A program made the position numbers and the translations under genes. The notes below the pieces were generated by a model. That model saw only the letters and a list, made by a program, of their open reading frames with translations. It was not told the origin of the DNA and did not search any database. DNA of 64,000 nucleotides. Origin: an uncultured delta proteobacterium (lineage in GTDB: Bacteria; Desulfobacterota; BSN033; UBA1163). The stretch spans positions 544,001 to 608,000 of the forward strand of contig CAWHBU010000004.1 of the NCBI GenBank assembly GCA_963827685.1, read 5' to 3'. Positions within the stretch are counted from its first letter, which is position 1; each line of letters starts with the position of its first letter. Shown here piece by piece: positions 27,505 to 37,556 of this stretch.

Positions 27505-29124
27505 ATGCGACTTGAAAAAGAATTAATATTCACCGCTATCGCAGTCCTGGTCACTTTCTCGTTTGGGAGCAGCATGGGATTTAGCGCTTCCTGCAAGAAA
27601 TGTGAAGACCTTTTAACCACTGATTTTGGCCCAGGAGTGAAGATCATTTCAGCCAGAATAAGGAGCGAAGTAGACCCTCCCGGAGGCAAGGGGAATCCCA
27701 TCCCGGTACCCGAGTACTGTGAGGTTAGAGGGAAGGAATTGCCGGAGAATAATTTTGTTATCAAACTGCCCACGGAATGGAAAGGGAATTATTTCCAGAG
27801 AGGAAATGGCGGATTGGCCGGCTCCATTCAGGAGGACAATATAAACTACGGTTTGAAGCTCGGCTACGCGGCAGCAGGGGCGAATGGAGGCCATGATGGA
27901 GCCATAGTAGATGCCAGATTCGGCTATAACCCACCGGATAACTCCAACCCGAGTGCGAACGAAAAATTAGATGATTATTGTTTTGGATCGATCCACAAAA
28001 TGAACGTTCTGGCGAAGAAGATCATTAAGGCCTATTATTGCAAAGGGCCTAAATATTCTTATTATCAAGGGTGCTCCACAGGCGGGCGTCAGGGCTTGAT
28101 TGAAGCCCAACGGTATCCGGAGGATTTCGATGGGCTGATGATAGGCGCGCCCTTGGTTTATCTTACAAAGATAACCATGCGTGATATATGGCAAGCAAAG
28201 AAAATTGCGGAAGGTGAAGGGCTGACGAGTGAAAAGATGAGTATGGTTGCTGATGCGGTTATGAAAAAATGCGACAAGACCGATGGTCTGGTGGATGGTC
28301 TTATCGATGATCCCCGAAAGTGCGCCTTTGATGCCCTTAGGGAGTTGCCCGCCTGTCAGGGGGACAAGGACAATCCCAAGTGTTTTACCCTTGCTCAGAG
28401 GACTGCCATTAGCAAGATTTACGATGGCCCAAGGAACTCTGCAGGAGATCTGCTCTTCAAGGGAGCGCCTTTGGGGTCAGAGGCCATAGGGCCGGGACCT
28501 TTTGGCCCCAACAGTGGCTGGCATGGTTGGATTATTCCTTTGCCTAAAGCACCTATGAGCATAGGCGCCATGATGGGATCAAATTTTGTACGATATTGTG
28601 TTTCACCCCCTAAGGGAGGAGGACCCAATTGGGATCTTAAGACCTTTGACTGGGACACCGATTGGCCGAATGTGTTGGCAAAGATGTCATCCAAATGCGA
28701 TGCCTATGAGCCGAATCTGTTGCCCCTTAAGCTTCGCGGCGGAAAGATCATTCACTATCACGGGTTCGCAGACCCCCTGGTTTCACCATTCGCGTCAATT
28801 GAATACTACAAGTCTGTGGTTGACTATATCGGCGATAGAGCAACAAAGGAATTCTACAAGCTCTATATGATTCCCGGCCTCTTCCATTGCAGCGGAGGAG
28901 TCGGTTGCACCGACGACGATGCGATCTTTAATGCGCTGGTCAGCTGGGTTGAAAAAGGGGTTGAGCCAAAATCCATTACTGGATCGCGTATCGTTGATGG
29001 TAAGGTCGTCAGGACCCGTCCCATGTGTCCCTATCCGAGTGTCGCCAGATACAATGGCAAGGGCAGTATCGACGATGCCGCTCATTTCACCTGTGTGAAT
29101 CCTTCCGGCCAAGGTCCGAATTGA
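27505..29124 (+). CDS. secreted tannase/feruloyl esterase family hydrolase (copy 1)
   Basis: signal-peptide-like N-terminus; GNGG, GCSTGGRQG, YPEDFDG, HGFADP, GLFHC, RPMCPYP; AAGGAGG RBS before ATG 27505 (ORF track 27487). Confidence 0.9.
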   Translation: MRLEKELIFTAIAVLVTFSFGSSMGFSASCKKCEDLLTTDFGPGVKIISARIRSEVDPPGGKGNPIPVPEYCEVRGKELPENNFVIKLPTEWKGNYFQRGNGGLAGSIQEDNINYGLKLGYAAAGANGGHDGAIVDARFGYNPPDNSNPSANEKLDDYCFGSIHKMNVLAKKIIKAYYCKGPKYSYYQGCSTGGRQGLIEAQRYPEDFDGLMIGAPLVYLTKITMRDIWQAKKIAEGEGLTSEKMSMVADAVMKKCDKTDGLVDGLIDDPRKCAFDALRELPACQGDKDNPKCFTLAQRTAISKIYDGPRNSAGDLLFKGAPLGSEAIGPGPFGPNSGWHGWIIPLPKAPMSIGAMMGSNFVRYCVSPPKGGGPNWDLKTFDWDTDWPNVLAKMSSKCDAYEPNLLPLKLRGGKIIHYHGFADPLVSPFASIEYYKSVVDYIGDRATKEFYKLYMIPGLFHCSGGVGCTDDDAIFNALVSWVEKGVEPKSITGSRIVDGKVVRTRPMCPYPSVARYNGKGSIDDAAHFTCVNPSGQGPN

Positions 29125-29220
29125 GAGCTGTAAACGTTGAAGCTTGATGAGGGGAGCGATACGGTAAGGGTTGTGAAATAGGAAAAAAGGCACAGGCAAA
29201 GCCGACAAGTCCATTCTTGA

Positions 29221-29250
29221 GAAGGCAGGACCAGAAATGCCCTGCCTTTC
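29221..29250 (+). terminator. probable terminator hairpin
   Basis: aaggcagg...cctgccttt; duplicated at about 31638-31670. Confidence 0.45.
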
Positions 29251-29672
29251 CTGCTGAGCTTCGTTGGATGTGCCATTTTGCTATTCCTGTTCCCGGATAT
29301 AGCCCTTTATCTCCCCAGACTGTTCATCGGTGGATAGACCAGGCGGGGAACATTTTGTCTTTGGGTGTGTTTCAGTGTAACGTAGAATACAAGCATAAGA
29401 TATAGACAGTGACGTAACCGCGGACTTATATTGGAAGTTTCCTTCAGGTCGCAGGGCGGAGAGGGAGTGCCACGCTATTGGTAAGATATGGAATCCTTCG
29501 AGACCCGAACCGTCTTGCAGCATAAGGTCTCAAGAAGGGGGGTGGTTTACTATTACTAAAGGAGAAATTTCGTTTGTGAAGGTGTTGTATTGGTAATGGT
29601 TAACAGATAAGACAGGGGGTAGAGGATTAGAGACAGGCAATCCTGTCCAACAAATGCACAAGGAGGTGTAAA

Positions 29673-31598
29673 ATGTATCTACGAAAGCAATGGATTATTT
29701 TTTCCGCAGTACTGGTCGCACTGTTTTTCGGTGCAAGGTTGGGGTTCTGTAATATCTCCGATAAATGTTCAGACACAACCAATATTGATTTTGGCGCAGG
29801 AGTACAGATCACCTCGGCCGCGATAGTTCCTGCCGCTCCCCCGCTACCCGAGCACTGCCTGATACAAGGGAGGTTGTTGCCGGAAGCGGATCCTTTCATG
29901 ATTAAACTCCCGACGGACTGGAACGGAAACTATTACCAGGTCGGAAATGGCGGTTTGGCCGGTACCATAGACGAGCCTAATGTAAACTTCGGTCTGGGGC
30001 GAGGGTACGCGGCAGCGTCAGCGAGTGGAGGCTACGATGTGAGCGACCCCATCAATGCAGATGCGAAATTTTGCTATAACCCGTCGGGCAACTCTAACCC
30101 TTATGCAAAAGAAAAGCTGGATGGCTATTGTTTCGCATCGGTCCACAAAATGAATGTTCTGGCAAAGCGCATCATTAAGATCTATTATGGCAAGCGGGCT
30201 TATTACTCTTATTATAAAGGCTGCTCCACAGGCGGGCGTCAGGGTATGATCGAGGCACAGCGCTATCCGACGGATTTCGATGGGATCTTGGCAGGTGCCC
30301 CTTTGGTCTATCTCACCAAGGTAACCATGCGTGACGTGTGGCAGGCGCAGCAGGTGCTGGGACTGCCGACGCTCGCTACTGGTGCGGCGGATATGATGGC
30401 CAAAGTCTCTGCAGCGGTTTATAACAAATGCGACGGCATAGACGGCTTGGTGGATGGCATGATCGACGATGCCCGTAAGTGCACCTTTAATGCCCTGAGC
30501 GAGCTGCCTGCCTGTCTGGGGGATATCCCTGACCCTCAATTTAACTGCTTTACGACTGCTCAGAGGACAGCCATCCAAAAGATCTACGACGGGCCCCGGA
30601 ATTCTGTCGGCGAGCTGCTGTTCAAGGGGACGCCTGTAGGGGGAGAGGCCATAGAACCGACCTTGATAGGCCCCAATACCGGCTGGTGGTGGATCCTTCC
30701 TTTTGCCCCTGGCACGCTCAGCATCGGAGGCGGTATGGGATCAGAGTTTACGCAGTATTGCGGTTTGACTCCTGCCGGAGGGGGCCCCGGCTGGGATTAT
30801 AGGACCTTTAACTGGGACAGTGATTGGCCCTACGACATGACAAAACTGTCAGCCCGATGCGACGCCAATAACCCTGATCTTCGGCCGTTCTATAGTCACG
30901 GCGGCAAGTTGATCCAATATCACGGGTGGGGAGACCAATTGGTTTCGCCCTTTGCCATGGCCGAATATTATGACGCGGTTCTTGCTACTATGGGCAAAAC
31001 GACAACCGACAGGTTCTACAAGTTATACATGATCCCCGGCCTAAGCCACTGCTCCTTAGGGCTCGGTTGTTCTAACGACGCCGGGATGTTTGATGCGCTT
31101 GTCAACTGGGTGGAAACGAGGGTCGAGCCCGACGTGATCATTGGCTCACGGGACGCATACCCTCCGACGGGTATGTCGGCGAGGACCCGGCCTCTGTGCC
31201 CCTATCCCGGAGTTGCCAGGTATCTTGGCGCTGGCAGCATCGACGACGCGGCCAATTTTACCTGTGTGAAGACAATCAAGGCGCATGTTCGTATTGAACC
31301 GGAAACCCTAAAGCTTGGCAGCGGTGGAACGTTCACAGCCTTCGTTACGCTCCTGTACCAGGGCGACTGGCGCGTCACCTCAGCGGTCTGCGAAGGCGCT
31401 CCTGCATTGAAATTAACCAAGCATGGTTACAGCTATAGCGCTACGTTCAACAAGCAGGATCTCAAAAACATCACCGCGGGGGATGCGGTGACGTTCACGG
31501 TGACCCTATTTGCTGAGCAGCGAGGTTACCACTGTGGACATAGCGACGAGGACGAGATTGCGTTTGAGGGGAGCGATACGGTAAGGGTTGTGAAATAG
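29673..31598 (+). CDS. secreted tannase/feruloyl esterase family hydrolase (copy 2) with extra C-terminal beta-rich domain
   Basis: GCSTGGRQG, HGWGDQ, GLSHC, RPLCPYP; about 110-aa extension VRIEPETLKL...FEGSDTVRVVK. Confidence 0.9.
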   Translation: MYLRKQWIIFSAVLVALFFGARLGFCNISDKCSDTTNIDFGAGVQITSAAIVPAAPPLPEHCLIQGRLLPEADPFMIKLPTDWNGNYYQVGNGGLAGTIDEPNVNFGLGRGYAAASASGGYDVSDPINADAKFCYNPSGNSNPYAKEKLDGYCFASVHKMNVLAKRIIKIYYGKRAYYSYYKGCSTGGRQGMIEAQRYPTDFDGILAGAPLVYLTKVTMRDVWQAQQVLGLPTLATGAADMMAKVSAAVYNKCDGIDGLVDGMIDDARKCTFNALSELPACLGDIPDPQFNCFTTAQRTAIQKIYDGPRNSVGELLFKGTPVGGEAIEPTLIGPNTGWWWILPFAPGTLSIGGGMGSEFTQYCGLTPAGGGPGWDYRTFNWDSDWPYDMTKLSARCDANNPDLRPFYSHGGKLIQYHGWGDQLVSPFAMAEYYDAVLATMGKTTTDRFYKLYMIPGLSHCSLGLGCSNDAGMFDALVNWVETRVEPDVIIGSRDAYPPTGMSARTRPLCPYPGVARYLGAGSIDDAANFTCVKTIKAHVRIEPETLKLGSGGTFTAFVTLLYQGDWRVTSAVCEGAPALKLTKHGYSYSATFNKQDLKNITAGDAVTFTVTLFAEQRGYHCGHSDEDEIAFEGSDTVRVVK

Positions 31599-31936
31599 GA
31601 AAAAAGGCACAGGCAAAGTTAGTAAGTGTATTTCTTGAGAAGGCAGGACCAGAAATGGCCCTGCCTTCCTATTTATAGGGACTGATGAGGGGCTTAAACG
31701 GATGCCTTTTGTCTGGCCGAGCCCCTCTCCGAGCAGGTTGGCGGGGTGGGGTTGTCCGAGAGTCCTGGGGGAACCCAACAACTGGGGGTGGCTCAAAGGA
31801 AATTATAAATTGACAAAAGATTCACTTTTTGAAATAGTGAGACTGTTTTTTTACCCCCTTTTTTGACCTGAGGAGCCTGTTGTTTTAGGCGGTCCTACTG
31901 CAGAATGTCATTGAATGAGATTGATAAGGAGGGCTA

Positions 31937-32434
31937 ATGGACGAGAAGCTCAAAGAAGCTTTTCACAAGGTTTATGAGGGCGAGGCCAAGGCCGCGCTCC
32001 GGCTAAAAATCTTTGCCAAAAAGGCAGACCAGGAAGATCTACCCCAAATTTCCAAGCTCTTTCGCGTGATCGCTTTCAGTGAAGAGATTCACGGTGAGCG
32101 CGCGCTTCGGATGCTCAGGGAGATCAAAGATACCGATACCAATCTCAAAGAGAGCTTTCAATCGGAGACCACTATTGCGGGAGTGGCTTATGATAATTTT
32201 ATCGAGCTTGCCGAGGAGATAGAGGATACCACGGCTTCGAATATCTTCTCCAATTCAAGGGATGTGGAAGTGGGTCACGCCAAACTTTACAAGAACGCGA
32301 TCAACCACCTGATTGGAGAGCGGGAGACCAATTATTATGTGTGCCAGGTGTGCGGGTATGTGTCAGATGGAGTTTGGCCTGAGGTTTGTCCGGTGTGTTC
32401 AGCACCCAAGGACCAGTTTATAGAATTTAAATGA
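31937..32434 (+). CDS. rbr: rubrerythrin family protein
   Basis: EEIH and EVGH di-iron motifs; C-terminal CQVCGY...CPVC. Confidence 0.9.
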   Translation: MDEKLKEAFHKVYEGEAKAALRLKIFAKKADQEDLPQISKLFRVIAFSEEIHGERALRMLREIKDTDTNLKESFQSETTIAGVAYDNFIELAEEIEDTTASNIFSNSRDVEVGHAKLYKNAINHLIGERETNYYVCQVCGYVSDGVWPEVCPVCSAPKDQFIEFK

Positions 32435-32495
32435 AGGAAGGGATGCAGGAACTCTATCGAACCGCAGATGAATTATTTAACGATTAATGACCAAG

Positions 32496-33140
32496 TCAGC
32501 TACCGGCCATAATCTTTTGGCATAAACGGACCCCTTTCATGCCGTCGTTCGTCCAGTAATCCGATCGCACTTCCTTACATACAAGCTCATCAACCCGGCC
32601 ACCGATGATATAGGCACGAGGCGAAAGGTTCTCCGGGACATTTTCTCTCAAGAAAGTTATGGTCTCTCGCATGGTCTTGTATGCTGCACTGATTAAGCAG
32701 GAAAGCCCAACAATGTTGGGCCTGAATTCATGAATCGCTGCGAGGAACTTACGCGGCGGGACATCTACTCCAAGATCATGTACCATAAACCCGTATCCAC
32801 GGACTAGAACCTTAAAGATGTCCTTCCCGATGAAGTGAATATCGCCCTCGACCGTTCCAAGGACAATGCTCCCTGAATCCTCATTCGTGACTTTGTTTTC
32901 GAAAAGAGGAAGGACCAGTTGGCCAACCTGGCGCATGATCTCGCCAGCCATGATTAAACCCGATATATAGTATCGTCCTTGTTCATAGCGCTCTCCCACT
33001 TGAATCATCCCTTTATGGCATAGGTCGATGATTACTAACGGGTCAATACCATCTCCCAAGTTTTGCTCGACCAAGGCCAGTACCGCCTCCTCTTTAAGTT
33101 CGGTCATCAGAGTGATTAACTTATCTTGGTTGTCTGTCAT
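32496..33140 (-). CDS. cobalamin-binding (corrinoid) protein
   Basis: cap domain GMIQVGERYE; EGDIHFIGK, DLGVDV, GLSCL, IIGG. Confidence 0.88.
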   Translation of the reverse strand: MTDNQDKLITLMTELKEEAVLALVEQNLGDGIDPLVIIDLCHKGMIQVGERYEQGRYYISGLIMAGEIMRQVGQLVLPLFENKVTNEDSGSIVLGTVEGDIHFIGKDIFKVLVRGYGFMVHDLGVDVPPRKFLAAIHEFRPNIVGLSCLISAAYKTMRETITFLRENVPENLSPRAYIIGGRVDELVCKEVRSDYWTNDGMKGVRLCQKIMAGS

Positions 33141-33174
33141 GGGTATATAATCGTTAACCTCCTAAAATTCAGCA

Positions 33175-33936
33175 CTATATCACATTGCTGATTCCTACTT
33201 TGGTAGTGAATCTAAGACGATCCCCACGGCATATAAACCGTCCCCAACTGACGGGTTTGTCTTCGAAATCATAAAAGATATGTTCTATGCGGAATGCGGG
33301 CTGCATTTGAATGGTATTGAGGATATCCGCTTCCTCCTTTGTAAGGACTGCCGCCTCGATAAAGAGCTTCCCTCTTTTGAGTTTTGTTTCCCCTGTTCCC
33401 ACAAACAGACCATGTAGAGAGGTGAGTTCCATTTCAGCCTCCACAATCGGGCGGACTGGGTCGTAAATTAGTTGTTCTTTGTGGTAAATAATGGGGTCAC
33501 CATCCCGAACCAAAACCCGTCTGATGAGGATCGTTCTCTCTCCCTCGCTTATTGCCAACCTATTTGCCATTGTTTCATCGGCCTTGGTAATGAGCACTTC
33601 CAGAATTTTTACCTTGGTTCGCTCTTTGTCCTTGAATATGTTGTGAAATTCCTCCAGACTAAATGTTACTCCAGCCAAATCTGGGGCTTTTACATAGGTC
33701 CCGCTTCCCTGAATTGTGCTGACAATTCCCTGCTCCAACAGGACGTTGATGGACCGGCGAACTGTCATTGGACTAACCTGATAACGCCTGCAAAGCTCTG
33801 ATTCAGAAGGCAGACGATCACCAGGAAGAAAGACGCCCTTAGCGATCTGTTCCCTCAAAATGTTGACAAGTTGGACATATGCTGGTTGAAATGATTGGCG
33901 ATCTATATTTATTTGATTTTCCGGCATGGTCTTCAA
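33175..33936 (-). CDS. GntR/HutC (UTRA) regulator
   Basis: GDRLPSESEL...VSPMTVRR; UTRA-type C-terminus (RGDRLRF). Confidence 0.92.
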   Translation of the reverse strand: MKTMPENQINIDRQSFQPAYVQLVNILREQIAKGVFLPGDRLPSESELCRRYQVSPMTVRRSINVLLEQGIVSTIQGSGTYVKAPDLAGVTFSLEEFHNIFKDKERTKVKILEVLITKADETMANRLAISEGERTILIRRVLVRDGDPIIYHKEQLIYDPVRPIVEAEMELTSLHGLFVGTGETKLKRGKLFIEAAVLTKEEADILNTIQMQPAFRIEHIFYDFEDKPVSWGRFICRGDRLRFTTKVGISNVI

Positions 33937-34226
33937 TAGCCTGTTCCTTCAAACTAATTATACATATAACTTATTAAATTAATTGATGTCAAGATCTTAA
34001 TTTTTAATGAATTTTGGCATAAATATCCCCTTAATAATTTCTTTCCCTATATTATTATTATATATATGTTGTTAATATCATTTAATATTTTGTTATTTTA
34101 CCCCCAGATTTTTTTACTTGACAAAGTTCCCTATATAAGTTTAAATAGTAAAAAACATTCTCTCAAATTAACTCCTATGTCTTGAGATCGGTCATTGGAA
34201 ACGCGAATTCGAAAGGAGGAAAAGAT

Positions 34227-34877
34227 ATGTCTCAGAAATTGGTTAATGCGATGACCAACATGAACGAAAAAGAGACCCTTGAAATTGTCAGGGCTTTATT
34301 GGCCGACAATCAAGACCCTGTTCAGATTCTGGATGATTGCACTAAGGCCATGGAAACGGTCGGCAAGCGTTTTGAGGCAGGCGAATATTTTCTTCCTGAA
34401 CTGATGCTGGCAGGTGAGATGATGATGCAGATTTCTGAAATGGTCAAACCGAAGTTGAAAGGTGGTGTGGCCTCAAGAAAACAGGGTAAAGTGCTCATAG
34501 GAACGGTGGAAGGGGACGTTCATGATATCGGTAAGAATATTGTCTCCTTTCTGCTTGACGTTAATGGTTTTGAGGTATGCGACATTGGAATTGATGTTCC
34601 GCCCGGAAAATTTGTGGAAAAAATCAAGGATTTCAAACCCCAGGTCGTGGGTCTGAGCGGTCTTCTCACCCTCGCCTACGACTCCATGAAGAATACGGTT
34701 CGGGCTATTGAAAAAGCCGGCCTGCGTAACAGCCTAAAGATTATGATCGGAGGCGGTCAGATACGTGAAACGGTGAGAGAATATGCCGGGGCCGATGCCT
34801 TTGGTAAGGATGCCATGGAAGGTGTTACCTTGGCGAAAAAGTGGATTGGAACGAGACAAGATGGGTTCAGGAAATGA
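34227..34877 (+). CDS. methyltransferase cognate corrinoid protein
   Basis: YFLPELM, GTVEGDVHDIGKNIV, GLSGLLT, KIMIGG; AGGAGG RBS. Confidence 0.92.
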   Translation: MSQKLVNAMTNMNEKETLEIVRALLADNQDPVQILDDCTKAMETVGKRFEAGEYFLPELMLAGEMMMQISEMVKPKLKGGVASRKQGKVLIGTVEGDVHDIGKNIVSFLLDVNGFEVCDIGIDVPPGKFVEKIKDFKPQVVGLSGLLTLAYDSMKNTVRAIEKAGLRNSLKIMIGGGQIRETVREYAGADAFGKDAMEGVTLAKKWIGTRQDGFRK

Positions 34878-34892
34878 AATAGAGGTAATGGC

Positions 34893-35771
34893 ATGAGCCT
34901 TTTTTCGGTTACCCTTCAATATGCCATTTCAGGAATAACGGATGGAAGTATCTATGCGATTATCGGAATCTGCTGGAGCGTCGTCTACCTTATCACCAAG
35001 GTCCTCAATTTCACCACGGGTGAATTTGTCATGCTTGGCGGAATGCTCACCTGGGGATTTCACAGCTTAGGACTGGGAATATTTCCTGCAGCACTTGTTG
35101 CAGTGGCAGCCACCATCTGCATCGCCATCGTAATCGAAAGGGCAACGATCCGCCCCGTGCGCTATCCATCAGAGATGACTTACATGATGATTACCATCGC
35201 TTTAGCTTCGATCATTAAAGGTATCATCCTTCTCAAATGGGGCACAGAGGTCAGGAAAATAGATCCCTTCTTCGGTACGGAGGTGTTACACCTGTTTGGT
35301 GCCGCAATCACCCCTCAGATCCTCTGTGTCCTTGGGCTCCTCATCATCGTGACAGTAGGATTGACGTGGTTCTTAAATAACACCCTTTTTGGCAAGGCTC
35401 TGAGGGCTTCTGCAATCAACTTGACAGGAGCGAAACTGGTGGGAATAGATATCAACAAATTTAGGCTTTTCTCTTTTGGTCTTGCAGGAGGGCTTGGCGC
35501 CATTGCCGGGATTGTCACGACGCCTATTACCTTTACTGGATACCAGATCGGGATGCTCACAGGACTCAAGGGATTGGTTGCTGCCATCGTAGGGGGGTGG
35601 GGCATCATGGGGACTGTCATTTCTGCCATTGCTTTAGGACTGCTTGAAGGGTTTTGTGCAGGCTTTATCTCAACGGGGTTCAAGGATGTTCTTGCACTGC
35701 TTATTATGGTCATTTTTCTAGTCGTCAAGACATACCGCATAGCACCAACATTGAGGCGAACCTCTTCATGA
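34893..35771 (+). CDS. livH: Liv-type ABC transporter permease
   Basis: GSIYA, LNFTTGEF, GKALRA..N..GA.LVGI. Confidence 0.88.
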   Translation: MSLFSVTLQYAISGITDGSIYAIIGICWSVVYLITKVLNFTTGEFVMLGGMLTWGFHSLGLGIFPAALVAVAATICIAIVIERATIRPVRYPSEMTYMMITIALASIIKGIILLKWGTEVRKIDPFFGTEVLHLFGAAITPQILCVLGLLIIVTVGLTWFLNNTLFGKALRASAINLTGAKLVGIDINKFRLFSFGLAGGLGAIAGIVTTPITFTGYQIGMLTGLKGLVAAIVGGWGIMGTVISAIALGLLEGFCAGFISTGFKDVLALLIMVIFLVVKTYRIAPTLRRTSS

Positions 35772-36769
35772 AACCGATGAGAAAAATCCTCAACGGATGG
35801 TTTTTTATCGTTATTGCGATTGGGGTACTTCCTTTTATTATCCCCGGCCTTTATATGCACTATATCACTGGTGTCATGTGTTTCATTGCGATGTATGGGG
35901 CTCTTGCTCTGGGTATGGGGGTGCTTCTTGAGCAATCGGGGCTCTTTTCCCTGGCTCATCCGTCCTGGTTCGGTATCGGAGCTTACCTTACCGGCATCCT
36001 TGCGATGAGGGGTATGCCCTCTCTGGCTGCAATCATGATCGCTGCGATCTGCGTGGCTTTCCTTGCCTATCTTATTGGTGCACCCCTCTTACGCCTAAAG
36101 GGATACTATCTTGCTTGCGCCACCTTTGCCCTCCTTTTGATCGTAGATATTACTATTCCCCAATTGGGATCGATTACCGGAGGGCATGATGGTCTTCTGG
36201 GTATTCCTCCGCTCTCCGTTGCCGGCTTCGTATTCGAAGGTGATTTCCAGTTCTATTATCTCACCTGGGGACTTTGTCTCGGAACACTCTGGTTTCTCAG
36301 TAACCTCATGAGGTCACGGTTCGGCCGGGCAATCAAATCTTTCAACGACAGTGAAGTTGCAAGCAAAAGCGTAGGGGTCAATGTATCGGGATACAAACTG
36401 CAGGTTTTCATCCTAACTGCGGTAATGGCGAGCCTCGTCGGAAGTTTGTTCTGCTTCTATATCCGTTACGCCAGCCCTTTAATGTTTGGTTTCCCTCTCA
36501 TGGTAGAGCTCGTCACCATGATGATTGTGGGAGGGGGGAAGACGCTTTATGGTCCACTTCTTGGGAGTTTTATCATCCTGTGGGTCCGCGAGCTCATCCA
36601 CATCTATCTTGGCAAGATTCTCCCCGTGATGAACGCCCAGGTCGACGCCACCTTTTTCGGGGTCATCATTGTGGTCATCCTCATCTTTATGCCCGGAGGG
36701 CTGGCCGGTTGGCTGGAACAATTCATTCAGGCAGGAAGGAAGGTTCGTGAGCGTTTTGCAAGAGCATAG
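35768..36769 (+). CDS. livM: Liv-type ABC transporter permease
   Basis: LRLKGYYLA, TGGHDG, SRFGRA, FMPGGL. Confidence 0.88.
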   Translation: MKPMRKILNGWFFIVIAIGVLPFIIPGLYMHYITGVMCFIAMYGALALGMGVLLEQSGLFSLAHPSWFGIGAYLTGILAMRGMPSLAAIMIAAICVAFLAYLIGAPLLRLKGYYLACATFALLLIVDITIPQLGSITGGHDGLLGIPPLSVAGFVFEGDFQFYYLTWGLCLGTLWFLSNLMRSRFGRAIKSFNDSEVASKSVGVNVSGYKLQVFILTAVMASLVGSLFCFYIRYASPLMFGFPLMVELVTMMIVGGGKTLYGPLLGSFIILWVRELIHIYLGKILPVMNAQVDATFFGVIIVVILIFMPGGLAGWLEQFIQAGRKVRERFARA

Positions 36770-37556
36770 CATCCTCCTCGACGTAGTTGATGTAAGCAAG
36801 CACTTTGGTGGGATTTGTGCCCTCAATAAGGTATCTTTTACCCTCAGAAGAGGGAGCATCACTTCTCTTATTGGACCTAACGGTGCTGGCAAAACAACCT
36901 TTATTAATGTTGTTACGGGAGTCTATACGCCTGACGAAGGAGGGATCCATTTTCAGGGCAAAGATCTTTTTGGATTATCGGCCCATCTCGTTGCGTCAAA
37001 AGGGATTGGAAGGACTTTTCAACTCGAAGAACTCTTCGGCAGTCTTACTGTACTTGAGAATACAATGGCGGGGTGCCATGTCAATAGTCGATCAGGGATG
37101 CTTTCGTGCGGTTTTTCCCTTCCCTCAGCCAGAAAAGAAGAAAAACGGATCAGGGATGAGGCCGTGGAAAAACTCGCGCTGGTTGGCCTCGAAAAGAGGG
37201 CCTTTGACCCGATCTCCAAACTTCCCTTGGGGGAACGAAAACTGGTCGGCATTGCACGGGCACTCAGCATGAAACCAACATTGCTTATGCTGGATGAGCC
37301 TGTAGGTGGGTTAGCAGCCCACGAAATCAAAAAACTTGTCGACCTGATTTACACACTTCTCTCAAAAGGTCTAACCATCCTCATCGTGGAGCACAACATG
37401 CCTTTTGTCATGTCCCTTTCTGAAAAAGTTGTTGTATTGGACGAGGGAACAAAGATTGCCGAAGGTCGACCGGACGAGGTGAGAACGAACGATAAAGTCA
37501 TCAAGGCTTATCTTGGCGAAGAGGTCAGCGATGATGCATTCCACACCGGGCCCTGA
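36747..37556 (+). CDS. livG: Liv-type ABC transporter ATPase
   Basis: GPNGAGKTT, RTFQ, LDEP, VEH, AYLG. Confidence 0.9.
   Translation: MSVLQEHSILLDVVDVSKHFGGICALNKVSFTLRRGSITSLIGPNGAGKTTFINVVTGVYTPDEGGIHFQGKDLFGLSAHLVASKGIGRTFQLEELFGSLTVLENTMAGCHVNSRSGMLSCGFSLPSARKEEKRIRDEAVEKLALVGLEKRAFDPISKLPLGERKLVGIARALSMKPTLLMLDEPVGGLAAHEIKKLVDLIYTLLSKGLTILIVEHNMPFVMSLSEKVVVLDEGTKIAEGRPDEVRTNDKVIKAYLGEEVSDDAFHTGP

Noticed and set aside
29400-29535. structured RNA or c-di-GMP riboswitch between the esterases
   Set aside because: One hairpin only; GGCAAA/GACGCAA consensus absent
31680-31800. possible c-di-AMP (ydaO) riboswitch (ggggaaccc...tggggg)
   Set aside because: Only a partial motif; the conserved GCTGAATC and CCGTCAGCTAAC segments are not seen
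33940-34226. cobalamin riboswitch upstream of the corrinoid operon
   Set aside because: Region is very AT-rich with no B12-box or GCCACTG motif
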